This document shows, in pieces, positions 1 to 10,384 of a stretch of 64,000 nucleotides of DNA (the first letter of the stretch is position 1; the number at the start of each line of letters is the position of its first letter). The notes under the pieces were generated by a model. That model searched no databases. It saw nothing but the letters and a program-made list of their open reading frames with translations, and had not been told where the DNA came from. The position numbers and the translations under genes were made by a program. Source of the DNA: an uncultured Bacilli bacterium (GTDB lineage Bacteria; Bacillota_I; Bacilli_A; RF39; UBA660); NCBI GenBank assembly GCA_934148015.1, contig CAKPCU010000001.1, forward strand, positions 27,148 through 91,147, given 5' to 3'.

Positions 1-527
1 AACTTATCACTTCTATTAACCATATATATTTTATGTGCTATGTTAGATAGGTAAATAGAAGCTATGACAGCAGATGCACCAGAGCCTACTATAACAACAT
101 CTTTATTTTTATATAAAGTTCCATCACAAGTTACGCAATATGAAACTCCCTTTTTTATATTTAAATTTTCAAGTACAGGAAGCTTTTTAGGTGTTCTTCC
201 AGATGCTATAACAATAAACTTAAAACTATACGTTTTATCATTAGTTTTAACTATAAAATCATCATTTTCTTTTTTTATACTTAAAACTTCACTAGAGACT
301 ATGTTAGCACCTAATTCTTCTATAGCACTATACATCCTAAATGCTAAAGTTGATGGTGATTTTTCTGTAAAACCTGGATAATTATCTATTTTAACCATCT
401 CATTTAAAACTCCACCAGGAGCTTTTTTTTCAAATATAGTAGGATTTATTCCTGCTCTTAATAAATAAAGAGCACAACTAAGACCAGCTGGACCTGCTCC
501 TATTATTGCAACATTATCTTTTTTCAT
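1..527 (-). CDS. trxB: thioredoxin-disulfide reductase (FAD/NAD(P)-binding oxidoreductase); 3' end runs off the window
   Basis: Reverse-strand translation from ATG at 527: MKKDNVAIIGAGPAGL (GxGxxG), ...GGVLNEMVKIDNYPGF..., CVTCDG redox-active CxxC. Not in the ORF track because it is cut by the window edge. Confidence 0.75.
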   Translation of the reverse strand, partial: MKKDNVAIIGAGPAGLSCALYLLRAGINPTIFEKKAPGGVLNEMVKIDNYPGFTEKSPSTLAFRMYSAIEELGANIVSSEVLSIKKENDDFIVKTNDKTYSFKFIVIASGRTPKKLPVLENLNIKKGVSYCVTCDGTLYKNKDVVIVGSGASAVIASIYLSNIAHKIYMVNRSDK

Positions 528-1317
528 CTAAAGAGTTCCTTTCATTATATAAAGATTTATTTTTTATAGATATTATTATAATTATAACTCCAATTAAATT
601 CATTATAATTGATACTAACTGTGCCATCTTTATATTCCCTAACATTAAACTATCAGTTCTAAGTGATTCTATTAAAAACCTTAATATACCATACCATACT
701 AAATATATTCCTGTAAGAGTTCCTGTTTTAATGTCTTTATTTCTTCTAAGAATAATAAGAATAATAAAACATAGCAAACAAAAGAAGGACTCATATAAAA
801 ATGTTGGATGATAATAATTACTATTTATATGCATTCCATCTATTATAAATTTAGGTAGATGTAACTTCTGTAAAAATTCTAATGCTACAACAGGTCCATG
901 AGCTTCTCCGTTAAAAAAATTTCCCCATCTTCCAAGAGCTTGTGCTAAAACAAGTGATGGCACTATTATATCTAAATACTTTAATAAATTAATTTTATAT
1001 TTACGGCAATAATATATAAAAACCAAAAGACCAAATATTATACCACCATGTATAGCAAGCCCACCGTTCCATATTTTTATTATTTCAGTTGGATAAGATA
1101 AATAATAATCCAAATTAAATAATACGTAGTATGCTCTAGCTCCAAGTATTCCAAATATTACACACCAAAAAACAGAGTCATTAACAAATTTTTCATCTAT
1201 ATTATGCCTTTTAGCTTCTTTTAATATTAATATATAACCAATTATTACTCCAGTTAAGATAAAAAGTGAATACCACGTTACCTCTAAACTACATATTTTT
1301 ATAGCTACACTATTCAT
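514..1317 (-). CDS. lgt: prolipoprotein diacylglyceryl transferase
   Basis: 267 aa polytopic membrane protein with the Lgt signature GRWGNFFNGE. Confidence 0.9.
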   Translation of the reverse strand: MNSVAIKICSLEVTWYSLFILTGVIIGYILILKEAKRHNIDEKFVNDSVFWCVIFGILGARAYYVLFNLDYYLSYPTEIIKIWNGGLAIHGGIIFGLLVFIYYCRKYKINLLKYLDIIVPSLVLAQALGRWGNFFNGEAHGPVVALEFLQKLHLPKFIIDGMHINSNYYHPTFLYESFFCLLCFIILIILRRNKDIKTGTLTGIYLVWYGILRFLIESLRTDSLMLGNIKMAQLVSIIMNLIGVIIIIISIKNKSLYNERNSLDEKR

Positions 1318-1318
1318 A

Positions 1319-1774
1319 TTATTTTGTACACCTTTCTATTATAGGTTTTATTATTAAATTTTCCATTATTAGGTTCATCAAACTAATAAACATTGCTATT
1401 ATAATAGGAGAAAAAAAGCCATGTAACTCAAAAGCACTTCCTAATATAAAATCAACAATAAATAATATTATTACATTAATTACAAAGTAAAATAATCCAA
1501 GTGATATTCCTATAAGAGGGAGAGATAATGATACTAATATAGGTTTAATTGTTTTATTTAGTATAAATATTATAATGGCAGCTAAAAGACCATATAAAAA
1601 ATTTTTAACATAAATTGATCTAAATAAGCCAGAGGCCATTAAAAGTACAATGGCATAACCTACCATGTATATAAGCCATTCTATAAATAAATTTAATCTG
1701 TACTTAGTATCAGTATTATTTTTATAATTTTTTTTATTATCATCTACTACAATTACTTTCATATGTATCACCAT
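1319..1774 (-). CDS. small polytopic membrane protein, DUF360/YvlD-like (the family often labelled 'phage holin family')
   Basis: 151 aa, about 4 TM helices, FELHGFFSPIII motif. Family assignment from memory of the motif only. Confidence 0.45.
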   Translation of the reverse strand: MVIHMKVIVVDDNKKNYKNNTDTKYRLNLFIEWLIYMVGYAIVLLMASGLFRSIYVKNFLYGLLAAIIIFILNKTIKPILVSLSLPLIGISLGLFYFVINVIILFIVDFILGSAFELHGFFSPIIIAMFISLMNLIMENLIIKPIIERCTK

Positions 1775-1876
1775 AATAATTATAACACAATATAATCTTT
1801 TTATATATATTATTTAAAGTTCTTAATTTAGACATTTTTTATGATAATGAATTAAAATAAGCAGACACATTATTTG

Positions 1877-2080
1877 CTATCTGCTCTTTTTTTGATGAAC
1901 CTCATATGAACTACCATTTATTAGAACATATGGTATATTTTCTTTTAGACTCTTTTTTAAAACTCTTTTTCCTTCTGCATTATAAACTTTATTTTCTTTT
2001 CTAATATATATTGAAAAATTAGGATATAATCTTCTTATCTTATCTATCATTTTTTTCTTCAACCCCCAAACAATATGCAA
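1877..2080 (-). CDS. hypothetical small basic protein, apparently translationally coupled to the upstream ArpU-like gene
   Basis: 67 aa ORF overlapping the 3' end of the 2040..2459 gene by 41 nt; lysine/arginine rich; no recognisable domain. Confidence 0.35.
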   Translation of the reverse strand: MHIVWGLKKKMIDKIRRLYPNFSIYIRKENKVYNAEGKRVLKKSLKENIPYVLINGSSYEVHQKKSR

Positions 2081-2459
2081 ATCTAATTAATGTTTCTTTC
2101 TTCTTTAAATAATAATATCCTAATGAAAAGCCTAGTGAATTAGCTATATATCTATCATCATAATTATCTTCTTTATCTAAATATGTCCAGTATATTATTT
2201 TTCTTTCTTCTGTTGTTAATTTATTAAATGAAAATCTAAAATAATTTATGTATAGTATTCTTTCTTTTTTCTCATCTTTTGTAATATTTGAATAGGCATT
2301 ATCATCTTCTATGTCCTTTATTTCATCTAATAGATAATCATCATTTATTTTTGACGGAGAAGAAAAATCAACAGATAAACTATAATAAATATATTGTTTT
2401 ATAGTATTTTCAACATTCTTTTTAGTCTTACTCCAACATATGTCTATAGTTTTATACAT
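2040..2459 (-). CDS. ArpU-like / sigma-70 region-4-like transcriptional regulator
   Basis: 139 aa; C-terminal LTTEERKIIYWTYL...YIANSLGFSLGYYYLKKKETLIRFA resembles the sigma-70 region 4 / ArpU HTH pattern (LtxxEReil...Ia..lgis..tv......Al.kl). Confidence 0.4.
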   Translation of the reverse strand: MYKTIDICWSKTKKNVENTIKQYIYYSLSVDFSSPSKINDDYLLDEIKDIEDDNAYSNITKDEKKERILYINYFRFSFNKLTTEERKIIYWTYLDKEDNYDDRYIANSLGFSLGYYYLKKKETLIRFAYCLGVEEKNDR

Positions 2460-2604
2460 GTTTATCCAACTCTCCTTCTATATATATTTTAACATTTAAA
2501 AAGATACAAAAGTTAACTTTAAAATCACTAATAAATCATAAAAAAATAAAGCAAAAGTCATATGCTTCTACTTTATTATTATCTATTAATATATTAAAAC
2601 CCTC

Positions 2605-5418
2605 TTATTTTAGAATCTTTTTTAAATATTTTCCCGTATATGATTCAGGGCATTTTGATACTTCTTCTGGAGTTCCACAGCAAACTATCTTACCACCAAG
2701 ATCTCCACCTTCTGGTCCTAAATCAATTATATAATCAGCAACTTTTATAACATCTAGGTTGTGTTCAATTACTATTACAGTATCACCATTATCTACAATT
2801 CTATTTAAAATAACAAGTAATTTTTTTATATCATCACTATGAAGACCAGTAGTTGGCTCATCTAATATAAATACACTTTTACCAGTTGGTTTTTTTTGTA
2901 GTTCTTTAGCTAATTTAACCCTTGATGCCTCTCCACCTGATAAGGTTGGTGCACTTTGTCCAAGCTTTATATAACCTAATCCAACATCCATTAAAACTTG
3001 TAATTTTCTTTTAATTTTAGGATGATTTTCAAAAAACTCTAAAGCTTCTTCTACTCTCATTCCTAGTACATCATATATGTTTTTTCCTTTATATTTTACT
3101 TCTAGAGTTTCTTTATTAAATCTAGTTCCACCACATACTTCACATGGTACATATACATCTGGCAAGAAATTCATAGATATTTTCTTAACTCCATCTCCAA
3201 AGCAAGCTTCACATCTTCCGCCTTTTACATTAAATGAAAATCTTCCCTTTTCATATCCTCTTATTTTAGCTTCTTTTGTCTGAGTAAAAACATCTCTTAT
3301 ATCGTCAAATACACCAACATATGTTGCAGGATTACTACGAGGCGTTCTACCTATAGGATCTTGAGTAATATCAATCACCTTATCTATATTTTCTATACCT
3401 TTTATACTTTTATGATTTCCAGGTATAACCCTAGAATTATAAACCCCTTTCATAAGTGATTTATATAGTATTTGATTTACTAAACTACTTTTACCACTAC
3501 CAGATACACCAGTTACTAAAACCAATTTACCCAAAGGAAATTTAACGTTTACATTTTTTAAATTATTTTCTTTAGCTCCCTTTATTTCAATGTATTTACC
3601 ATTACCTTTTCTTCTTTTTTTAGGAACTTCTATCGTCTTTCTTCCACTTAGATAATCTCCTGTTAAACTATTAGTATTTTGCATAACTTCTTCTGGCGTT
3701 CCACATGCAACTATCCTACCTCCATGCTCTCCAGCTCCAGGTCCAACATCAACTAAGTAATCAGCTTGAAGCATAGTATCAGTATCATGTTCTACAACTA
3801 TTAGTGTATTACCTAAATCTCTCATCTTTAAAAGTGAATCAATAAGTCTTTGATTATCTCTTTGATGAAGTCCAATAGATGGCTCATCTAAAACATATAA
3901 TACCCCTGTTAACTGTGACCCTATTTGAGTTGCAAGTCTTATTCTTTGAGCTTCTCCGCCCGATAATGTTGATGCACTACGAGATAATGTCAAATATCCG
4001 AGACCTACATTATGTAAAAATTCTAATCTAGATTTAATTTCTTTAATAAGTAATCTTGCAATTTGTTCTTTTTCTTCACTAAGTTTAAGTTTATCAAAAA
4101 AGTTATATAATTTATCAATATTCATATCAGTTAAATCTATTATATTCTTTTTATTTATTAGCACTGATAATACACTTTCCTTAAGTCTTTTACCCTTACA
4201 TGTAGGACAAGTAAGCTCTACCATATATCTTCCAAGCCAGTCCCTTATAAACTCACTATTAGTTTCAAAGTATCTTCTTTCTAAGTTATTAATAATTCCT
4301 TCATATGGTTCATAACTATTCATTTGATTTCCACTTCTAGTTTTAAACTTAAATTCTATAGGTTCTTTTGTACCATATAATATTGCATCTAATTCTTCTT
4401 TAGTTAAATCTTTCATTTTTTTATTCATATCAATATTATATTTATCACATACTATTTCTAATTTCTTTATGTATATATTTTGATCATCCATACCCGAAAG
4501 AGGCTCTATGCCACCACGAAGGAGTGTTTTTTCTTTATCTGGAATAATTAGGCTTTCGCTAATTTTTTGTTTAAAACCTAGTCCCTTACAATCAGGACAT
4601 GAGCCATAAGGAGCATTAAAAGAAAACATTCTTGGCTCTAATTCCTCAAGAGAAAAATCACAGTTAGGACATGCAAAAGACTCACTCATAACAATTTCTT
4701 CAGCACCTGGTATTTGCACAACAGCCTTTCCTTTAGATAATTTGCAAGCAAGCTCTAATGCCTCATAAATTCTACTTTCAGCTTCATCTTTTCTAATTAC
4801 TCTATCTATAATAACTAATATATTATGCTTTTTATTTTTTTCTAAAACTATATCTTCACTTAAATCTCTTACTTCACCATCAATATTTACTCTAGCATAC
4901 CCATCTTTTCTTAAATTATCTAATAGTTCTTTAAATGTACCTTTTTCTCCATATGCTACTGGTGACATTATAATAAGTTTTGTACCATCTTCTTCATTCA
5001 TAATTTGCGTTGTCATTTCCTGAATGGATTGACTAGTTATTGGAATTAAATGATTAGGACAGTATGGAACTCCAATACGTGCATAAAGGAGTCTTAAATA
5101 ATCATATATTTCTGTTACTGTACCAACAGTTGATCTGGGATTATTATTTGTAGTTTTTTGATCAATCGAAATAGATGGAGAAAGTCCTTCAATGGAATCT
5201 ACATCTGGCTTTGATGTTCCACCTAGAAATTGTCTTGCATAGGCTGATAAACTTTCAACATATCTTCTTTGTCCTTCAGCATATATAGTATCAAAAGCAA
5301 GTGATGATTTACCACTACCAGATACACCTGTCATAACAGTTAATTTATTTTTAGGAATATCTATATCAACATTTTTTAAATTATTTTCTCTAGCACCTTT
5401 TACTATAATTTTATCCAC
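2605..5418 (-). CDS. uvrA: excinuclease ABC subunit A
   Basis: 937 aa; two ABC ATPase modules (GVSGSGKSSL twice), zinc-finger cysteines, LSGGEAQR signature. Confidence 0.97.
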   Translation of the reverse strand: MDKIIVKGARENNLKNVDIDIPKNKLTVMTGVSGSGKSSLAFDTIYAEGQRRYVESLSAYARQFLGGTSKPDVDSIEGLSPSISIDQKTTNNNPRSTVGTVTEIYDYLRLLYARIGVPYCPNHLIPITSQSIQEMTTQIMNEEDGTKLIIMSPVAYGEKGTFKELLDNLRKDGYARVNIDGEVRDLSEDIVLEKNKKHNILVIIDRVIRKDEAESRIYEALELACKLSKGKAVVQIPGAEEIVMSESFACPNCDFSLEELEPRMFSFNAPYGSCPDCKGLGFKQKISESLIIPDKEKTLLRGGIEPLSGMDDQNIYIKKLEIVCDKYNIDMNKKMKDLTKEELDAILYGTKEPIEFKFKTRSGNQMNSYEPYEGIINNLERRYFETNSEFIRDWLGRYMVELTCPTCKGKRLKESVLSVLINKKNIIDLTDMNIDKLYNFFDKLKLSEEKEQIARLLIKEIKSRLEFLHNVGLGYLTLSRSASTLSGGEAQRIRLATQIGSQLTGVLYVLDEPSIGLHQRDNQRLIDSLLKMRDLGNTLIVVEHDTDTMLQADYLVDVGPGAGEHGGRIVACGTPEEVMQNTNSLTGDYLSGRKTIEVPKKRRKGNGKYIEIKGAKENNLKNVNVKFPLGKLVLVTGVSGSGKSSLVNQILYKSLMKGVYNSRVIPGNHKSIKGIENIDKVIDITQDPIGRTPRSNPATYVGVFDDIRDVFTQTKEAKIRGYEKGRFSFNVKGGRCEACFGDGVKKISMNFLPDVYVPCEVCGGTRFNKETLEVKYKGKNIYDVLGMRVEEALEFFENHPKIKRKLQVLMDVGLGYIKLGQSAPTLSGGEASRVKLAKELQKKPTGKSVFILDEPTTGLHSDDIKKLLVILNRIVDNGDTVIVIEHNLDVIKVADYIIDLGPEGGDLGGKIVCCGTPEEVSKCPESYTGKYLKKILK

Positions 5419-5551
5419 TTAAATCACCTTCAATTAATTATTCTATCACAAATCTCTTAAATTTATACAATATATTATATCAAACATTTGTACTTATTTC
5501 AATACGAAAGAAAAAAGCTATGTAAAAACATAACTTCTTAAATATTAATAA

Positions 5552-6235
5552 TTAATTTATATTTTTATTTTCTACAAAAATTTCTATAGAAACATCATCA
5601 AAATGATTATCAAATTCTATTTCATATTCTCCGTCTTCTTTATATGGAATATAAAGATATTTATTAACCTCTTCATTAGACTTTATAGCATCTGCTAAAT
5701 CTAGACTATCTTCTTTGTAATTACTACCTTGACTTTCTAATCTTTCTTTATATGGACCTGTTATATCACAATATTCCATATTAAACTTAGCATCATTATA
5801 TAATGTATTTTTTATAGATACTGGAATCTTTATTAAATATGTATCTTCATTTTCTTTTTTTATTACTTCATAATTACTTGATAATTTAATTTCGAAACCA
5901 TCAAAGTAAAAAGTCTCATCTAAATTATAATCATCATTTTTTTCTTCTTCTTTTATCTTTTCATCTATATATGTACTAACTTTAGGTATAACTTTCGTGG
6001 TATTATAAACTACAACTAGTGCTAATGCAACAATTATCATTATAAACATCATAAATACACTAACTATTATACCTACTATTGAATATGTTTTACCATCTCC
6101 ATTTAATTTTTTACTCTTAACAGCTCCTATTATTGATAAAATAAGTCCTACAATAGAAGTAAGTCCACAAGTTATAAAACTACATATAGATAAAATCATT
6201 CCAACTAATGCTATTGTATTTTTTTCTTCTTTCAT
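5552..6235 (-). CDS. DUF4190-type membrane protein with extracytoplasmic C-terminal domain
   Basis: 227 aa; N-terminal small-residue TM hairpin (IVGLILSIIGAVKSKK...IVGIIVSVF) typical of DUF4190; paralog of the adjacent gene. Confidence 0.6.
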   Translation of the reverse strand: MKEEKNTIALVGMILSICSFITCGLTSIVGLILSIIGAVKSKKLNGDGKTYSIVGIIVSVFMMFIMIIVALALVVVYNTTKVIPKVSTYIDEKIKEEEKNDDYNLDETFYFDGFEIKLSSNYEVIKKENEDTYLIKIPVSIKNTLYNDAKFNMEYCDITGPYKERLESQGSNYKEDSLDLADAIKSNEEVNKYLYIPYKEDGEYEIEFDNHFDDVSIEIFVENKNIN

Positions 6236-6249
6236 TAAATCATATCCTC

Positions 6250-6873
6250 TTATTCTTTATTTATCTTTCCTATTATAGTATTACCCATACATGTTGCTTC
6301 TAAATCATTACATTTATCATTTAAATTAACATTAGAAAAATCCCCAATTGCATCAATTTCTAATTCATAATATGTACCTTTATCAGTAATCATAACATCA
6401 TAATATTCTTTATTATAATTATAATTCTCATAACAATTATCTTTTGTACAAGTGATGTTTGTATCACCTAAAGATGATAGTATTATATTTTGCTCAGCAG
6501 ATTTTTTTATCATTTTATATGTATCTATTACAGAACTACTTTTTGCATCATAAACACTATCTTTTATTGAAATTAATAATACTGCAATAATTATTGTTAT
6601 AAATATTATTCCAACAGAACTTATAACAATTCCTGCTATGGACAAACCTTTTCCTTTATTATTTTTTTCTTTTGATTTTTTTAAACCTACAATTGATAAT
6701 ATTAAACCTACTATATGAAGTCCTATTAAAGAAAGAATGAACCCAGCTACGGCCACATTATTAGATTCATTTTGAACTTCATTACTACTAACACTGCCCG
6801 AATTTGAAGATATATCACTTATATCTTGAATATCCTTTTCATTAAAATTATTTCCAATTTCATTGTTATTCAT
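6250..6873 (-). CDS. DUF4190-type membrane protein (tandem paralog)
   Basis: 207 aa; Ser/Asn-rich N-terminus then ILSLIGLHIVGLILSIVGLKKSK TM hairpin, Cys-containing C-terminal domain. Confidence 0.6.
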   Translation of the reverse strand: MNNNEIGNNFNEKDIQDISDISSNSGSVSSNEVQNESNNVAVAGFILSLIGLHIVGLILSIVGLKKSKEKNNKGKGLSIAGIVISSVGIIFITIIIAVLLISIKDSVYDAKSSSVIDTYKMIKKSAEQNIILSSLGDTNITCTKDNCYENYNYNKEYYDVMITDKGTYYELEIDAIGDFSNVNLNDKCNDLEATCMGNTIIGKINKE

Positions 6874-6920
6874 AACTCCTCCTACTATTAGCTTAATAAT
6901 ACATTATAGATAATATTTTG

Positions 6921-8870
6921 TCAATTAACTTTCATCTCAAATATAATATCGCGTAATTCCATAGCTCTTTCAAAGTCTAAGTTATCAGCAGCTTTTTTCA
7001 TTTCTTCTTCTAACTTTTTAATAATACTTTCATTATTTGTGATTTTATTATTTTTATTCTTTGTTTTTGGAGCCTCTTCAGAAACACTTACAACATCCAT
7101 TATTTTTTTCTTTATTGTTTTTGGTACAATATTATGTTCTTCGTTATATTTTATTTGAATCATTCTTCTTCTTTTTGTTTCATCTATTGCAGTTTTCATT
7201 GAATCACTTATAATATCTCCATACATTATAACCCTACCATGCTCATTTCTTGCACATCTACCAATTGTTTGTATAAGACTTCTATGACTTCTCAAAAAGC
7301 CTTGTTTATCAGCATCTAAAATTGCTACTAAACTAACTTCTGGTATATCAAGACCTTCTCTTAATAGGTTAATACCAACTAATACATCATATTTCCCTTC
7401 TCTTAAATCATGAATTATTTTTAGTCTTTCTAGAGTTTTTACTTCACTATGTAAATAAGCTACTTTTATGTCTAAATTTTTTAAATAAGTAGTTAACTCT
7501 TCTGCCATTCTAATCGTAAGTGTTGTAACTAAAGTTCTATCTTTCTTTTCTATTTGTTTTTGTATTTCTTCTATTAAGTCATCAACTTGATTAGATGATT
7601 TTCTAACCTCTATTAATGGATCAAGTAATCCTGTTGGTCTTATAATTTGCTCGACAACTTCATTATTTACTTTTTCTAATTCTTCGTCACCTGGTGTTGC
7701 AGAAACATATATAACCTGATTTATCTTATCTTCAAATTCTTCATACTTAAGTGGTCTATTATCTAGTGCTGATGGAAGTCTAAAACCATAATCAACAAGC
7801 ATTTGTTTTCTTGCTCTATCACCATTATACATTGCTTTAACTTGAGGAAGTGTTACATGTGATTCATCAATTACCATTAAATAATCATCTGGAAAAAAGT
7901 CTAAAAGACAAGTTGGCGTTTCACCTGCCTGTTTTAATGCGAGGTGTCTTGAATAATTTTCTACTCCAGAACAAAAACCTGTTTCTGCTAACATTTCTAA
8001 GTCATACTTACACCTTCCCTCCAGGCGTTCAGCTTCTAATAATTTACCATTTTCTCTAAAGTAAGCTAATCTTTCATCTAACTCTTTTCTAATATTTACT
8101 ATCGCTTTTTTTAATTTATCCTCACTCGTTACAAAGTGTGATGCAGGAAGTATTGAAACAAATTTTTTATCTCCTACAATAGTACCAGTTAAAACATCAA
8201 ATTCAGATATTCTATCTATTTCATCTCCAAATAATTCTATTTTAATACCATGAGATTTTTCATAAACTGGTATTATTTCAATAACATCACCTTTAGCTCT
8301 AAATGTACCACGTGCTAAATCTATATTATTTCTTTCATACATCATATCTACTAGTTTAGATAAAATCTCATTTCTATCAATTACATCTCCTACTTTTAGG
8401 GTAAGCATATGATTTTCATACTCTTCTTTATCACCTATACCATATATACACGAAACAGAAGCTACTACTATTACATCTTTATTATTTATAAGTGATGATG
8501 TAGCATAATGCCTTAATTCATCTATTTCATCATTTATTGATGAATCTTTTTCTATATATGTATCACTAGATGGAACATAGGCTTCTGGTTGATAGTAGTC
8601 ATAATAAGAAACAAAATAGCAAACATGATTATTAGGAAAAAGTTCCTTTAATTCTGAATAAAGCTGACCTGCAAGTGTTTTATTGTGTGCAAGTACAAGT
8701 GTTGGCTTATTAACTTCTTTAATTACATTAGCAATTGTAAATGTTTTACCAGTACCTGTTGCACCAAGAAGTACCTGATACTTTTTATCATCTTCTATAC
8801 CACTAACCAATTCTTTTATAGCCTCAGGCTGATCACCACTTGGCTTATATTTTGATACTAAATCGAACAT
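6921..8870 (-). CDS. uvrB: excinuclease ABC subunit B
   Basis: 649 aa; helicase motifs [12 protein letters not shown]; C-terminal UVR domain (...RAMELRDII...). Confidence 0.97.
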   Translation of the reverse strand: MFDLVSKYKPSGDQPEAIKELVSGIEDDKKYQVLLGATGTGKTFTIANVIKEVNKPTLVLAHNKTLAGQLYSELKELFPNNHVCYFVSYYDYYQPEAYVPSSDTYIEKDSSINDEIDELRHYATSSLINNKDVIVVASVSCIYGIGDKEEYENHMLTLKVGDVIDRNEILSKLVDMMYERNNIDLARGTFRAKGDVIEIIPVYEKSHGIKIELFGDEIDRISEFDVLTGTIVGDKKFVSILPASHFVTSEDKLKKAIVNIRKELDERLAYFRENGKLLEAERLEGRCKYDLEMLAETGFCSGVENYSRHLALKQAGETPTCLLDFFPDDYLMVIDESHVTLPQVKAMYNGDRARKQMLVDYGFRLPSALDNRPLKYEEFEDKINQVIYVSATPGDEELEKVNNEVVEQIIRPTGLLDPLIEVRKSSNQVDDLIEEIQKQIEKKDRTLVTTLTIRMAEELTTYLKNLDIKVAYLHSEVKTLERLKIIHDLREGKYDVLVGINLLREGLDIPEVSLVAILDADKQGFLRSHRSLIQTIGRCARNEHGRVIMYGDIISDSMKTAIDETKRRRMIQIKYNEEHNIVPKTIKKKIMDVVSVSEEAPKTKNKNNKITNNESIIKKLEEEMKKAADNLDFERAMELRDIIFEMKVN

Positions 8871-8921
8871 CTTATGTCACCTTCCTTAATAAGTAACTAA
8901 TAAATTTATTATATCAAATAT

Positions 8922-9287
8922 TTACAAATTAATAACTTTATATTTAATACTTTCTGCTTTAATTCTATCTTTTTCATTATCCCAAACTATATAATTTTCT
9001 TCAAAGTATACATTTACTCCATTTATTATATCATCATATTTTATATCATTAGGATTTAATATAAGTTCAATTAAACCATCAAATATTACACAAATAGTAT
9101 TATTTATACTTTGCTGATTTTGAAATATTACGGTTAATCTTCTCTTATCATTAACAGGATGCATAATAGAATTTTCATCAACATACATACCTGTTTCATA
9201 TTCTAAAGACTTTATACATGCATCATAGAAAAAGTTTCTAAATTTTTCTGTATCTTCCTTTGTTTTTATCTCATTTAAATTATTCAT
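8922..9287 (-). CDS. hypothetical protein
   Basis: 121 aa ORF, no recognisable motif; codon usage like neighbours. Confidence 0.4.
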   Translation of the reverse strand: MNNLNEIKTKEDTEKFRNFFYDACIKSLEYETGMYVDENSIMHPVNDKRRLTVIFQNQQSINNTICVIFDGLIELILNPNDIKYDDIINGVNVYFEENYIVWDNEKDRIKAESIKYKVINL

Positions 9288-9362
9288 ATTATATTCCTTT
9301 CCATATATTATTTATTATAGCATAAGAAAACACCTAATAAAATTAGATGTTTAATATTATAA

Positions 9363-10316
9363 TTAAATCTTTTTAATGTATTTTTCTTTTTTATAAAAAG
9401 GTTGTTTTCCATAAGTTTCATCATCTGTAAATATAATATTACTAGTATAATATGGAAACAAAAAGTTAAATAGTTGCATTTTACCAGTACATTCTTGAAA
9501 AGTTGTTAATGGTCCATTTACTAATAATTTATCATCCTTTTTCAATAAAGTATTTCTTTCATTTGATGGAAATAAATCCTTATTAGGTGCTATTAAACCT
9601 TTATTTGATTTCCATAGTTCATATAATATAGGTGGAACACACCCATTATGCATGTGACCAGATATAATATAATCAAAGTCTTTTAATGATTTTTTGAATT
9701 CATCTTCTGTCAAATATATAGGAGAATGTGACATAAATATATTTAGTTTATTATCAGAAATCTTTTCTTCGTCTATTAATCTATTTATTTCTTCTAATTT
9801 TAATTTTTTATCTTCTGGCACATTTCTAAATATAGACTTTTTATCATAAGGACAGTACGATTTCAATGACTGTGTATATCCTAAAATGCATATGTCCTCA
9901 TCTTCATATTTTAAATTATCTAGCAAATAAACATTATCAATATTACTTATCTCATCAAAAAAATCTTTATTATAGTAATATTTCCAGCTAAATTTCCCAT
10001 TTTTATCATAAACTTTTTTAGTATAATCATGACTTCCTAAAGATATTATTACTTTATTTATTTGACTTAGTTCTTTAATCCAGGTTACTAATCTTTTTCT
10101 TTCATTTTGATTCAAAATCATATCAACCGAATCAATTATATCGCCAGGTATTAAAATATAATCCGGATATACTTTTACTAAATATTTCATTATATAATTC
10201 AACTTATCATCGCTAACTTTGTAGCTGAAATGTAAATCACTAATAATGGGCATTTTTTTTGTTTTTTTAATTTTAGAATTATACAATTTGTAATTAGTCT
10301 CGTGGATCATTTTCAT
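9363..10316 (-). CDS. calcineurin-like metallophosphoesterase
   Basis: Motifs ISDLHFS, PGDIIDS, GSHDY, SGHMHNG (metallophosphatase signatures). True start may be the internal MPIISDLHF methionine (about 10253). Confidence 0.7.
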   Translation of the reverse strand: MKMIHETNYKLYNSKIKKTKKMPIISDLHFSYKVSDDKLNYIMKYLVKVYPDYILIPGDIIDSVDMILNQNERKRLVTWIKELSQINKVIISLGSHDYTKKVYDKNGKFSWKYYYNKDFFDEISNIDNVYLLDNLKYEDEDICILGYTQSLKSYCPYDKKSIFRNVPEDKKLKLEEINRLIDEEKISDNKLNIFMSHSPIYLTEDEFKKSLKDFDYIISGHMHNGCVPPILYELWKSNKGLIAPNKDLFPSNERNTLLKKDDKLLVNGPLTTFQECTGKMQLFNFLFPYYTSNIIFTDDETYGKQPFYKKEKYIKKI

Positions 10317-10384
10317 ATAAATTCCTTCTTTCGGCCGTATATGCTAACACATTTTAATTAAAAAATCAATTTTTACCTTAAACG

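Noticed and set aside
64-381. 105-aa plus-strand ORF
   Set aside because: Antisense shadow of the trxB coding region; no RBS; low-complexity.
506-811. 101-aa plus-strand ORF
   Set aside because: Lies antisense within lgt; typical AT-rich shadow frame.
3077-3283. 68-aa ORF inside uvrA on opposite strand
   Set aside because: Embedded in a strongly supported gene; no start context.
5481-5492. Possible LexA (Cheo-box) operator AAACATTTGTAC upstream of uvrA
   Set aside because: Two mismatches to GAAC-N4-GTTC at non-symmetric positions; no comparable site upstream of uvrB; too weak to call.
7850-8059. 69-aa ORF inside uvrB on opposite strand
   Set aside because: Shadow ORF.
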